A stretch of 55,050 bases of DNA, the filler included, from Sphacelaria rigidula (Eukaryota): NCBI GenBank assembly GCA_964200075.2. It is 4 parts of 4 records of this genome, joined end to end, with 100 filler letters (N's around TTAATTAATTAA, not from the genome) between each part and the next. Parts side by side here need not be neighbours in the genome. Positions count along the whole stretch, not along the records: positions 27,578 to 41,264 come from CAXNAA020002722.1; positions 41,365 to 55,050 come from CAXNAA020002723.1; 2 more parts are not named here. One strand, written 5' to 3'. This document shows positions 38,880 to 50,300 of this stretch, piece by piece. The notes under the pieces are model-generated. The model saw only the letters and a list, made by a program, of their open reading frames with translations, ran no database searches and was not told the origin of the DNA. Numbering within the stretch: position 1 is the first letter of the stretch; each line of letters begins with the position of its first letter. The position numbers were made by a program, and so were the translations under genes.

Positions 38880-38980
38880 TCCGCACATTAGTCCGATCTC
38901 GTGAACCNNNNNNNNNNCGTGAACCCGTGGTCACAGACGTAGGCTCGCCTTTCCAATACCGTCCATGCTATTCCTTACCA
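38839..38980 (-). mobile_element. Retroposon 3' end with (AAT)n tail, copy 1
   Basis: (TAT)n followed by TTTCCGCACATT..TCCGATCTC...GACGTAGGCTCG.CTTTCCAATACCGTCC, shared with 39900-39985. Confidence 0.7.
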
Positions 38981-39125
38981 GACACATTACCACTTTAACA
39001 TCGGTCTATTTCCGTACGTCATGAGACTTCTTCGTCATAGCGTATAATCAACAAGGAGGCATGTAACCGGACTGGTAAGTACATGGGCATCTGCCCCTTG
39101 ATCAGATGATCAACACGATATGGGG

Positions 39126-39519
39126 ATCACGACCCACTTCGTCCGCGTCGATGAGATACGGTATTCACAGCTCTAGTCCGTTTTCAGACTGGCTGTCATG
39201 AGGTTGGAAGGCGTTCATCGCCATGCCTTTGCAGGCCTGTGGATTTGGTACTTGACATTTTGTCTTTAAGGAATATACTGTGAGGATTGAAGGTCTGACT
39301 AGGATGGATAAGCAGGCGAGTATCACGACCCACTTCGTCCGCGTCGATGAGATACGGTATTCACAGCACTAGTCCGTTTTCAGACGGTCTGTCATGAGGT
39401 TGGAAGGCGTTCATCGCCATGCCTTTGTAGACCTGTGGATTTGGTATTCGACCTTTTGTCTTTAACGAATATACTGTGAGGATTGCAGGTCTGACTAGGA
39501 TGGATAAGCAGGCGAGTAT
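39126..39519. repeat. 196-bp tandem duplication
   Basis: ATCACGACCCACTTCGTCCGCGTCGATGAGATACGG... occurs at 39126 and 39322. Its start resembles the subterminal region at ~35850-35950. Confidence 0.95.
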
Positions 39520-39680
39520 GATGTACGCTCTGCCGAATCGGGGATAGTTCAGAGTTTGCTGAGAAGCAATTTGCCGGAAGCCATTCAATCGGGTAAGACG
39601 AGTGCAAGAGCATTGAACGTGCGATTCGGAATACTAGAGGATAGGGATCCTGTTAACCAAGGAGACATCGAGCCTACCTC

Positions 39681-39691
39681 ATTATTATTAT

Positions 39692-39747
<56 letters not shown>

Positions 39748-39985
39748 TTACTATTACTATTACTATTATTACTATTATTATTACTATTATTATTACCATT
39801 ATTATTACTATTACTACCATTACTACTATTACTATTATTACTATTATTACTATTATTACTATTATTACTATTATTACTATTATTATACTTTTAATATCAT
39901 TTCCGCACATTTATCCGATCTCTCGAACCTGTGGTCACCGACGTAGGCTCGTCTTTCCAATACCGTCCCTGCTATCCTTACAAGA
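39681..39985 (-). mobile_element. Retroposon 3' end, copy 2, with an expanded compound (TAG)n/(TAT,TAC)n microsatellite tail (39681-39890)
   Basis: Same ~90-bp body as 38879-38980, next to the microsatellite. Confidence 0.75.
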
Positions 39986-40637
39986 CATAGAGTCCTCTAT
40001 CATTTTGTTTCATTCTCCAGCCTAATTACAAGAACAAATGTAAATAATTAAAATATTACCGAAATGAAAATAAGAGGAGAGACGCCAAACCTGCACAGTC
40101 AATGAGACGACATTGTTGTAAAGGGTGTCATGCAGCTATCAGACAAAGCGCACATACATACATATTGACCGTATCGTTTGGTTGCTACACTGCTTCGCAA
40201 GGAGTGTGCTTGTACACACTAGCACGCCTCTTTACATGACCTAGCTATTCCTTGGATATACTGCTGAAAACAGTATATTTTCGCTGCATAGGTCACCGTA
40301 GAGGTATGAAGGCAAACAAAACTTAGCATGCCGTACCAAAGATGATGCACGTCTAGAGGTGCCTCCCTCGTTGTTGGCGTTACACAAATCATCGCAAGAG
40401 TGTAGAACTGCTCGATATGCGACTTCTAAGCTCCCGATAATTTAGTTAAACGAGTAATTTCTTCACGTCATAACTTTCAACACAAACTAGGGGGTGCATA
40501 TGCAGTGGTCGCTGGCACTGGGTTTGTGGTGTCGAACCGGTCGTGAAACCGATGCCAACAGTTTTTGATCTACAACGCACTTTTCGGCCCCTGACGATTC
40601 AGGGGGGTACGTTGGAAAATTCCAGGGCTCTTTACAT

Positions 40638-40800
40638 TTCACGTCACACGTTCGTTACACGTCAGAAACGTCACGTCACAACGGTGTGACGTGCCGTGAC
40701 CTATTGTTTTCTGAGACGTCATAAATGTGACGTGACGTGACGTGACGTGACGATAAAAAATTGTTACGTGACGGGACGTACCATTTTTCAAGACGTCACA
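40638..40800. repeat. CACGT/ACGTG pentamer-rich inverted cluster (probable MITE relic)
   Basis: CACGTCAC runs followed by (GTGAC)n. No clear TSD. Confidence 0.5.
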
Positions 40801-41183
40801 AATATGACCCACGGATTCAACAAGAGTGCGCATACGCCATCATGATGCGCACACACGATGTAAGCGCACGTTCAGCACCACAGCATGCACCGCCGCACCA
40901 CACCCAACCATAAAAGGCGTGAATATCTCCAAACATAGAAGCGAATATCGAATATCCGAAAGTACGAGTTTCGAATATCTGAACTTCGAAGTTCTAACCG
41001 TGATAGCACAGACAGGGTGGGAGCGACGTGTAAAGTACCAAGCAACAAGCGACGAGATACGGTAATGACGAGCGCGGCACAGGGTGCCCCTTCAGAGTAT
41101 GGCACAGCAGAGAGAGAGGGTGCTGCTGCAGCAGAGGGTAGTGCAGCAGAGGGGACTGCTTGACCAGAGGGAGCCGCAGCAGC

Positions 41184-41264
41184 AGGGGGGGGTATACTCA
41201 TGATCATGCATGCCATAGTCATAAGACCATTGACCTCGCATCCCCACCAAGCCGGGACGGAGCA
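41184..41264 (+). repeat. GGGGTGTACTCATG repeat family, truncated by the contig end
   Basis: GGGGGGGTATACTCATGATCATGCATGCCATAGTCATAAGACCATTGACCTCGCATCCCCACCAAGCCGGGACGGAGCA. Confidence 0.85.
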
Positions 41265-41364
41265 NNNNNNNNNNNNNNNNNNNNNNNNNNNNNNNNNNNN
41301 NNNNNNNNTTAATTAATTAANNNNNNNNNNNNNNNNNNNNNNNNNNNNNNNNNNNNNNNNNNNN
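41265..41364. other. Artificial contig spacer
   Basis: N44-TTAATTAATTAA-N44. Confidence 0.98.
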
Positions 41365-43642
41365 TGGTCAAATGACTAAGGCAAGCAACAAATGAGTACG
41401 CCCCCCCCCTCCCCTCTCCCCCGTTGACACTGCCAATGCCACATGCTCATATTGTCGCACAGTCTCGCGCTGGTTTATAGGTTGATGTATAGTCCTGCCT
41501 ATTTCTCTCTTTGTTGATCGGTTCCGATTCTAACGTCAGCACACACGCATCAGTGGAATGCCTTACACTTCACTACTGGTAGACTGCACCGGGAGCAATT
41601 CCCGTGTCGGCCTTGATTTACGTAGGATAAGGCGCTGTGTGTTCTTGTCCCAGGTGAACCCTGTTAGCAGGTGCTCGATCCCAGCGTTTGGGCCTGTCTA
41701 GGGTATAGTTGCCGCAGACCCCAAAACCACACCTCACATAGGTTTTGCGCCCTATTCGGATACACCCTCTACACGTTATTGTGGACAGAACCGATCCAAA
41801 GGGAAGACAGCATGTGCAGATCTCATCTTGTATCGCACCTTAGTCCCAACTGCAGTAGTACTTTTCCGTCGCTCCGCACCCTTCGTCCGACAACGGCACC
41901 CAGGGTACGCTAGATGGCCCAGTTCTAGGTACATCCATTCAGAGCACAGGCACGACTTTCGTGTCGAAGCCCCCCCCCCCCCCCCCATTCCTCTTGCTGT
42001 GAATGGAACTCACGTAGTCGAAAGTTGTCGACCACCGTACACCCTTACCGAACCTGCCTCTGTTGAATTTGAGGAAATACGAAAAAACATCCGCTTCGCA
42101 TCCGTTCAATAAAATCACAATTTTCCAGAAGGATGCCCGTCGAAATTCCGTTATTCATTGTCCCAAGAGACTGGGACTCATCCATCAATTTTCTGTTGCT
42201 CGAATCCAGAGCACCTGCGGTTATCTGTGACGTATACAGAGATTAGGCACCGGAAGAATCGGCAGTGGCGCTTCCAAACCAGAGGTGTGAACGAACACAA
42301 AACGCGAAGCAGTCCGCCAAAACTCGAGGCAGTCCCCGAGTAAGTTCGCGTGAAAAATGATGGCTTCGCTCAGCACACCTGGAGAGTTGCATTGGGTTCA
42401 GTATTGGCATGCAGTTTGCTTTCGAAAATCCATACTTGAGAAAAACCAATAGTTTGTTGGTGTGCAGGAGCGATCTGAGAAATGCCTTGTTTTTTGGCTT
42501 GACTCGATCTTACTTAGTTTCCAGAGCGAACAGAGTGCATGCATCAGCAACCAATGCGACGCACATATGACACTCGTCCAGATAGCACGTACTACAGTAG
42601 ATAATGGCAGTCGTTATGGACCCTTCGGTCCCGTCCCTGTGCATCAGATAGCGTTTGTTGCTTTCCGTGAGCGCTGTACTAAGCAGTCAGTACAACAGCA
42701 CAGTGGAGTACAGATAGTGCAGTACAGACAGTGCAGTACAGCGCATGCCATGAAGTCCGCGCACGCAATCGGCCTGCTTGATGTCGTCCTGGACATGAAT
42801 GTAAGATACATTCGATAGGCGGATGGTGGGTTGATATGTCTTGCTTGCGTTTTCGACCAGCTTGGCACGACATGTCGGGAGAGTCGCAGCCGCGCAATTT
42901 GGGCTCACGCTTTGATAACCTTAACGCTTGTCCTCTGAAAGTGCTTCTAGGCCTGTGGCCGCCGTCACCACGTTGTCGTCACTTTGCCCGTCGGACAATC
43001 TCGAAGGTCAACCGATTTCTGCACCGCCCTGAGGGAGTTAAGATTCTTCAGTTCCATCTGATATGATGGGAACATCGGGAACAAAATTTAACAAGGAGAG
43101 CAACAGGAAATGGAGATCCTAGTGTGCTCATCACCCCCGAGTTAGATTTCATCAGTGTTGCGCCTGTCAAATCTATCTTCAATAGACTTCTCATAGTCCC
43201 TAGGCCAACGTGCCTATCTATGGTACTCCAACATACTTGGCAAGAGATGCATACATTGAGTGCCAGCACAACGGGAACCAAGAAAGCGAATGTTTAGGTA
43301 CACTTTTAGACTAAACTCGAGTCAACTGCGATTTTTTAAGCCGATATGTTGATATGTTATCGAAGTTCAATCGAGATGTTCAATCGACGGGGTTCAAATG
43401 AACCCGCCAAAGCTTTTGACAGTAGAGCGCTGATGATCCGAAGAAGGCGAGTGTCGCCGTAGTGATTGTGACGTGGGAAGCGATGCAGCACGGGAACGGT
43501 ATCTCTCGCGCAGTGCAGTGCTCGCGGGAGGGTGGTATCACCAAGAGTGATGCCGCGATAGCCCCCCCCCCCCCCCCCCCCCCCGCCCGGGNNNNNNNNN
43601 CATGCAAATCATGATGACATTTTTTTTTCTTTTTTTCTTTTA

Positions 43643-44114
43643 GGCCGCTCCTTATAATAGACAAAAATAAAAATCTGGAAAAGTGTTTTTTTGAAACTTT
43701 TACGTCGTTTTATGCCCCAACAGAGAGCTAGGCGGAGTTTGACACCTTGAAATGACTTACTCTACTGGTTGAGGCGGTTCCAGGATATCTTCCAGTTTTC
43801 CGGTGGCTGCAGTTTTCATTTTGGCCAAACATTTTTTTTTGTCCAGGAACGGTAAAAAACAGTCAAGTCCAGAAAAAAATGTTTCCGGACTTGACTGTTT
43901 TTTACCGTTCCTGGACAAAAATTCTTATTCGGCCAAAATGGAAACTGTGGCCACCGGAAAACGGGAAGATATCCTGGAACCGCCTCAACCAGTAGAGTAA
44001 GTCATTTCAAGGTGTCAAACTCCGCCTAGCTCTCTGTTGGGGCGTAAAATGACGTAAAAGTTTCAATAAGACACCTTTCCAGATTTTTATTTTTGTCTAT
44101 TATAAGGAGCCGCC
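43643..44114. mobile_element. PIF/Harbinger MITE, near-perfect 472-bp palindrome
   Basis: TTA|GGCCGCTCCTTATAATAGACAAAAATAAAAATCTGGAAA...TTTCCAGATTTTTATTTTTGTCTATTATAAGGAGCCGCC|TTA. The arms pair up to a short loop near 43878. Confidence 0.92.
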
Positions 44115-44154
44115 TTAGATCCGTCATTTCTTTCTGTTCTTTGCTTTTGTTGAC

Positions 44155-44185
<31 letters not shown>

Positions 44186-44194
44186 CCAAGTCTT

Positions 44195-44372
44195 AGTCTA
44201 CTATGTCGTTTTGTTCGACTTTTTCTGTTCCTTCTTTTTTTTCAGCGAGTGTTTTCAGTTTGATTTTTCTCGGGTACGTACGTCTATTATGTGGCCACGG
44301 CTGGATCATGACTACGTCGGGGATCAGTTGAAGTGCGACAATCAATCAATCAAATCAATCAAATCAATCAAT
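44195..44372 (+). mobile_element. LINE 3'UTR fragment with (AATC)n tail
   Basis: Homologous to 35465-35620. Confidence 0.75.
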
Positions 44373-45169
44373 GACAGAGGCCGAGCACAGCAAGCAGCTC
44401 GGAACTCCCATGCTTGGCATCATTTTTGCCAATGTCACTTACATGAAGCGCTTCATACAGTCTGAAACTAGCTAGTATCATGCGCCGTATGACCATTTTT
44501 TTCGTGACAGTTTCGGGGCTGGTTTGGGGGGAGAAGGGTTATCGCGGCATCACTCCCAAAGCAACAGCAAACTTAGCCCTTTCTAACCTCACGGCACCTC
44601 ATCTTGCTCTGTAATGTTGACCCTACTTTATCCATCGACTCTGGCACATAATGCGATCGTTCTCGAGTATACTCGCTCGTACTTTCTACGGCATGCATTC
44701 CTAGGCCCCGCTTTCGATAGCATCGCGCGCAGCAATTTTTTCTTCCACCCTTTCCTTCTGCTTTTTCTCGTAAGCTTTGTCGTGATACATTTTACTCCCT
44801 CCCCTTCGTGCCGCAATACATGCCTTGACCAAATGGCTGTAAAAACATTTCGCCAGCACTTGATCGTTTTCTTTTGTATGCTGTGCGACGCCGTGGCATA
44901 TTTTTGACCATAGAAAGGAACCCGCGGTTATCTTTCACGGAAAAAAAAAAGACGTGTCGGTTGGCCACCTCAGTTCTTCTTCATTTGCGACGCTTTTGTC
45001 AACAGCTGGCTCAAGCTGACTCTTGTACCTGTGCCTAACTTCAAAATCGTCCGTGCATGACAAATCTGCTCATGAGCGCTCACATCGGTCGAAAAAATAT
45101 GTGTTTCCACATTTTCCCTTGTCGTCCTTGTGCAGCCATGAACGGCGGAAATAAGCTGGGCACTCAACC

Positions 45170-45507
45170 GGTAGCGTGCTCGGTATCCGACACCAGCAAG
45201 CAGTCCGACACGAGAGATGGTCGACTTTCCACCTCACCTGCCGACTTACAGGAATCGCCCAAGGCATGTCCCGGGAAAGAGCATGTTGGCGAAGGGTCCA
45301 CCGGGGCAGCCGAAAACTCCAAAGTTACAGCTTCAGGCTCCCACGGTTGGTTGATTGTTTTTCGCATGTTACAAGTAGCGGGTGACTGGTGATGAATGAT
45401 GGGCGTTTGCTGAGTAGAAACATCAACCGTCAAGTTGACTTTAGTGCGTACCGAGGATGACTCTTCACGAAGAAAGATGGACATTGCTCCGCTGACGTTT
45501 GATGTTC
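45170..45507 (-). CDS. Possible internal exon of an unresolved minus-strand gene (Ser/Thr/Pro-rich)
   Basis: ACGCAG acceptor, ~110 open codons (MSIFLREESSSVRTKVNL...), donor-like GTTGAG. No homology recognised. Confidence 0.25.
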
Positions 45508-46529
45508 TGCGTATTCACGATTCCCCGGTTAGCTTGCGAGTAGTGTCTTGTCGGGTGTACGTGGCTTGCGAGGATCCATGTATGCTCCCGTGATTGTTTG
45601 AGAGAGGGTCAGATTTGTGATGTTTAGTCGTGGGTGCATATCTTTTTCGTCGCTCCGCATGCGGCGAATCCGAATGTGCGGCTGTCCCTCGTATCTCCTT
45701 CCCGCCCAATTATGCAGAGCTCGAGGACGTTGTTCTCTCTCTACTCGTGGCTGTGTTGCAAGTGGCGCATCCAGACGAAGGGTGTGCGCGACGCGTTGAA
45801 TGACAAGCACTGCAGTGCAACCGCCAATCCTGAAGAGGAGTTGTTGCGCCCGAGTATTCAACTGCCATGGTGTTCTGTGCTCAATGACAAGACTGAATTT
45901 TGGATCTTGTTGCAACATACTTTAGAGTACCGCTGCATTTCTAGAAACGCAACCGGAGCAGCAGCACTGAATATAGGTTGATCATGTACCCCTGATGCAG
46001 CGCGAGACTATCGCAAACCGGCGTGTTAACGGGTAGTTTACGAATCTAAAGCAGTTACAAGTATGATGGCATTCCAGCCCGGCATGAAAGTTATACGGCA
46101 CCTTCTCCTTTCACAAATCTGCCCCCCCCCCCCCCCCCCCCCCCACGCGGGCCTGGCCCCGGACACGGGCGGGGACCCGGCCCCGGGCCCGGACGCCCGC
46201 GGAGACCCCGACCGCGNNNNNNNNNNCAATTAACAATTAGATGGCTCCCCCACCCCCACACAAATTTTTTCCCTCCCCCCCCCTTCCACCCACACCCCCC
46301 CCCCCCCCCCCCCCCCCCGTACGACCTGGCGAGATACCCATCAGGCAGTGTGTAAGCCGTGGCTGTCTCTGGAAGTGACGATACCAGAAAATGAAGCAAC
46401 TCATCGGAGGCTGTCCTTCAAATGCAAGATAATCAGTACTCTGGGGGGCCGAACAATATTCAGCAGGATGCAGTTCACCCTTCATGCAACTCGCCGAACA
46501 CATCACGGTGCTTCGCGCTTGGTGATTGA

Positions 46530-46640
46530 TCACGAGCCTGGTCCTCCAAAACCCGGCGTGCTCCGTCCTGGCCTTGTAGGGATGCGAGGTCAATGGTCTC
46601 ATGATTATGGCATGGAAGATCATGAGTACGCCCCCCCCCC
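46530..46640 (-). repeat. GGGGTGTACTCATG repeat family, complete-looking ~110-bp copy
   Basis: CGAGCCTGGTCC...GTGCTCCGTCC.GGC.TTGT.GGGATGCGAGGTCAATGGTCT...CATGAGTAC.CCCCCC. Confidence 0.85.
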
Positions 46641-47384
46641 TTCCCCCCCCCCTCTCCTGAGCTACCCGTCCTTCGATGTAGCTGAGGACGCTTCTGGATA
46701 CCCATAATACGAACATTGCGTAAAAACATTCTATCGAACCGTATTTCCCATGATGGTGCAAATATCGTCTCCACGCCCGTATTTATGCTCAGAGTGTACT
46801 GCCGGCTAGTACACAGCATGTAATGTTGGCTGCTGCGCAGATGACAAAACACTTCACTGCGCTCTACAGGGCGTTGCAGCTCACACGCGAACTGGTTCTG
46901 TTGATCAACCCGATCTCCAGTCGAGTATTTCCGGTTTCAGGCAAGCTATCTGTACCCCTGTTCGCCATTCTTGGCACGAGTTTTGGACATATACATCAAA
47001 AAGGTACATTTCTTGGGTACCCACGCTGTCTTGGCTTTCGGTTTGCACTGTCAGGCGATGTGAAAAATATGCTTCCATCTTGTTTCAGGATGATGACATG
47101 TAACAAAAGTATCATTTCAGGATGATGACATGTAACAAGGGCATCATGATTAAGCTAGTTGTTGCACCATGGTGAAGCGTTACGTACGTAACCCTTTTCT
47201 TCCTCCGTCCCGGTCAAACCGCCCCCTACTCCACGCCTCCTGCACCCGACCCTTCTTTCGTGCGCGAACTATTTAAGGGCATCGCGCGAGGCCCTCGACT
47301 CCAGCGAGCAAAAGCGACGAATGCGTGCCCTTCCGACGCTCGACTAGACAAGCAGGGATCCGCCGGCCTTCTCCATCGAAAAAT

Positions 47385-50300
47385 ATGTCTGCGCCACCTC
47401 AGGTGAAGAAAAAAAGCACCGGTGCTCCCCTGAATCAACAACCGTGGCCGTCAGATCGTCGGGGGGTGCGTTGCAAGTTTAAGGGTTGCTCCGAACCACC
47501 TTCGTACAGCTTCGACGGCAGGCGGCCAGCGGTGCGGTGCGGAAATCACCGAGACGTCGGTGCCAAAATGTATCGTGTGGAACACATCGGCGCCAAGATC
47601 TGTGGAAAGAAAGGGTGAGTGAGAGAGGCTTCACTGTTCCGCGTTCATTCTCTCGTTTCGCGCCTGAAATATTGGAAGGGAAGAGAGTTACCGACGCAAC
47701 AGCTGAACAGTCGACTCGTACGCAATGTTCGTGTTGAGGTGTGTGAATATATAATGCACACGTGCCGCCGCGCCCCCGGTGGTGCGGTGGACCGACTGTC
47801 GACGCTAGGGTGGAGAGAACGAGGGTTCGATTCCCGACGCGTAAGTTTTTTCTCCGCAGTGTCTGATTTCCACCGTGGAAAGCGTGAGAACGTGAGTAAA
47901 CAAAGTAGCCGGCTGAGTTTGTTTGACGTGAGTTGACGCGGTGCGGGAGTGCTGATAGTCATGACCCACACCGCGAGACCAAAATGCAAGGCGTGTACCG
48001 GGGGAGAGAGGGGTCGATTCCTTGAGACCACGGACTCATTCCGAGGAAGGGGAGGGGTTCACGGTGCGAAGAAATAAAAATAAATAATAAAGCGTTGGTG
48101 TTGAGTATCCGCACTGTATTTCATGTACTGAAAGGAACCGTTGTGCACGGGTGATGCGCAGCGCCTTCTGTCAATATGAGCACACCGTAGGATACACAAT
48201 CCCGTGGGAAACGCTGGTCTGTCTCCAATCCTATCCGCCAGAAAGTCAAGGTGTTCACTTGATTCTTTCGTGCGCTATTGAACGCAATGAGCTTGTGCGC
48301 GGCGGAGTTGTTGATCTGATGAGCGGAGGCGGTGATGACCTGTGTGACGTTTACCGGCGTGGCTCCCAATGTCATTCGCAACGAAACATGGTGCTATGTT
48401 GTGCTGAGCGCCTTTAGGAATATGTGCTCTCGACACCTGCACGCGAGCGCGGAACCTAAGGCCCCAATTTATCCCCCATCGTTTTCCCTAGCACTATGCT
48501 TAGCCTGACGAACCCTGTTCCTACCCCTTGCGCAGGTGTGGGCGTCCAGCAACGACGAGCTACATGTCTCAAGACGGCAGAATAGTTCGCCGGTGCTCGG
48601 AGCACACGCAATCGGATGTGGCCGCCCTGACTACTGCGACACGTTGTCAGGTATGACCTGGTCTGCACCCCTGCACCCCGCCAAGATTTGACAAGGGTAG
48701 CTGGCCATTGGGCGGCCCAACTATGCCATGCCATTGATTTGCAAACAATAGGCGGATACAAATTAATGCCCCCTTCGGGAAGATGCAGGACACGCCATGG
48801 TTGGGCCAACCAAATATTGTCTTGTCTAGCGCCTCTGTGGTGCTCAAAGATTTGGGGTGGGGTATGAAACGGGCGGTTTTATGGGCCAGGTCGCCCTGAG
48901 GTGATGTTCCCTCCCTCCCGGTATCGCTTAGAAGTTTTTTTTTTTGCAGCGTGGCCCCAGGGCGTCAGGGCGGGGTACGGCGGCGTAGGCGGGAGTGAGC
49001 GCGTGGTATACCGAGGAGGAACTGTTGCGTTGTCCGGACTGGAAAATATATCCCCTCCTGTATCGAGCCTGGTCCGGTGAAACTTCGTCGTGCTCCGTCC
49101 CGGCTTTGTGGGGATGCGAAGTCAACATTCTTATGACTACGGCATGTCAGATCATGAGTACACCCCCCACTCCCCCCGTGTTGTTGTACTACGTGTTCAT
49201 TTTGACGCAGTATGAGGAGTGCATGGCTGAACCAAGATACGGCGCGAAAAAGGGGCCGCTGAGCTTCTGCAACGATCACAAGCGAGTCGGAATGTTCACT
49301 GTCCGCCACGGCCAGTTGATGATTGCAACCCGCGATGGCAGCGGTGCGTTTGAGATGCATTGTTTGGCAGCCGTATGCTCCCACGAAAATTCATGTACGG
49401 CGTGTATCGTGACATCGTGAATCATTTTTGCATTTCTTTGTTTCCCCCCCCCCACTAACATTTTGATTCATGGGAACTGTCGACGTTGTTGTAACATTTA
49501 CATTTCTTTTTGCAACCCGCAATGGGCACCCGATGATTGCATACGCAGAAGTGACGGCAGCGATCAAAGTCGACGGCACCCGAATGATGTAAATTATATG
49601 TTTTTTTGTATAGCACCTCTCTGCTGCTGTACTGACACACAAGCGCTAGGCTTCATGGTCCCCTTTTATTTTTTTGGCTCGATTTCAGAATCGTAGACTG
49701 TGGTTACGTCTTTGCTGTTGGAGATTTGAGATTGCACGTAGTCTAACTACCGCGCAGGGGCAGTCGAGGGCCCTGCTGGCGACTTGCTGGGACCATGTTC
49801 CGAGCAAATTCACCGTTGCAAGTGTATGTTCTCGGCGTGCGGTTGGGTAAAAGGTACCAGCTCGACAGACGGTCCCGACCCAATTCAAGGTACGTGCCGA
49901 ATAGAAAGTGCAGGCCCGGTAGACGGCACGGCGTCGACAGTAGCTGCAGACCCCATATGTTTACGTACTTTATTTTCTCTTCTGGTTAACACCGTTTTTT
50001 TTAAAACGTTTCCTTGTTTTTTTATGATGAACCTGTGCCCATCGTCCAGCAGCTCATCTACGCCGCGAAGCACTCTCGGAACAGATCGAAGCTGCCACCG
50101 CTACTTATGCTACCGCCGCTTCAACTGCTGCTGCAGCTGCTGTTACTACGACATCCGCGTCTGCTTCTGCTTCTGCTACCGCTGCTACTGCTGCTGCTAC
50201 TACTGGCGGTACCTTTACTACTGCGCAAGGAACCATACTCATGAGCGATACAAGCAACCCACCTGTGGGCAAATCCAGCAATGCCGACGGTGACGGTGAA

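Noticed and set aside
39556..39910. Poly-Val/Leu/Ile ORFs (and the VCVC/HTHT ORFs at 25331-25697 and 53221-53543)
   Set aside because: These low-complexity runs are translations of microsatellites.
46120..46320. Very GC-rich segment between poly-C runs
   Set aside because: It abuts an internal N gap and long homopolymers, so it is probably low-quality read-end sequence.
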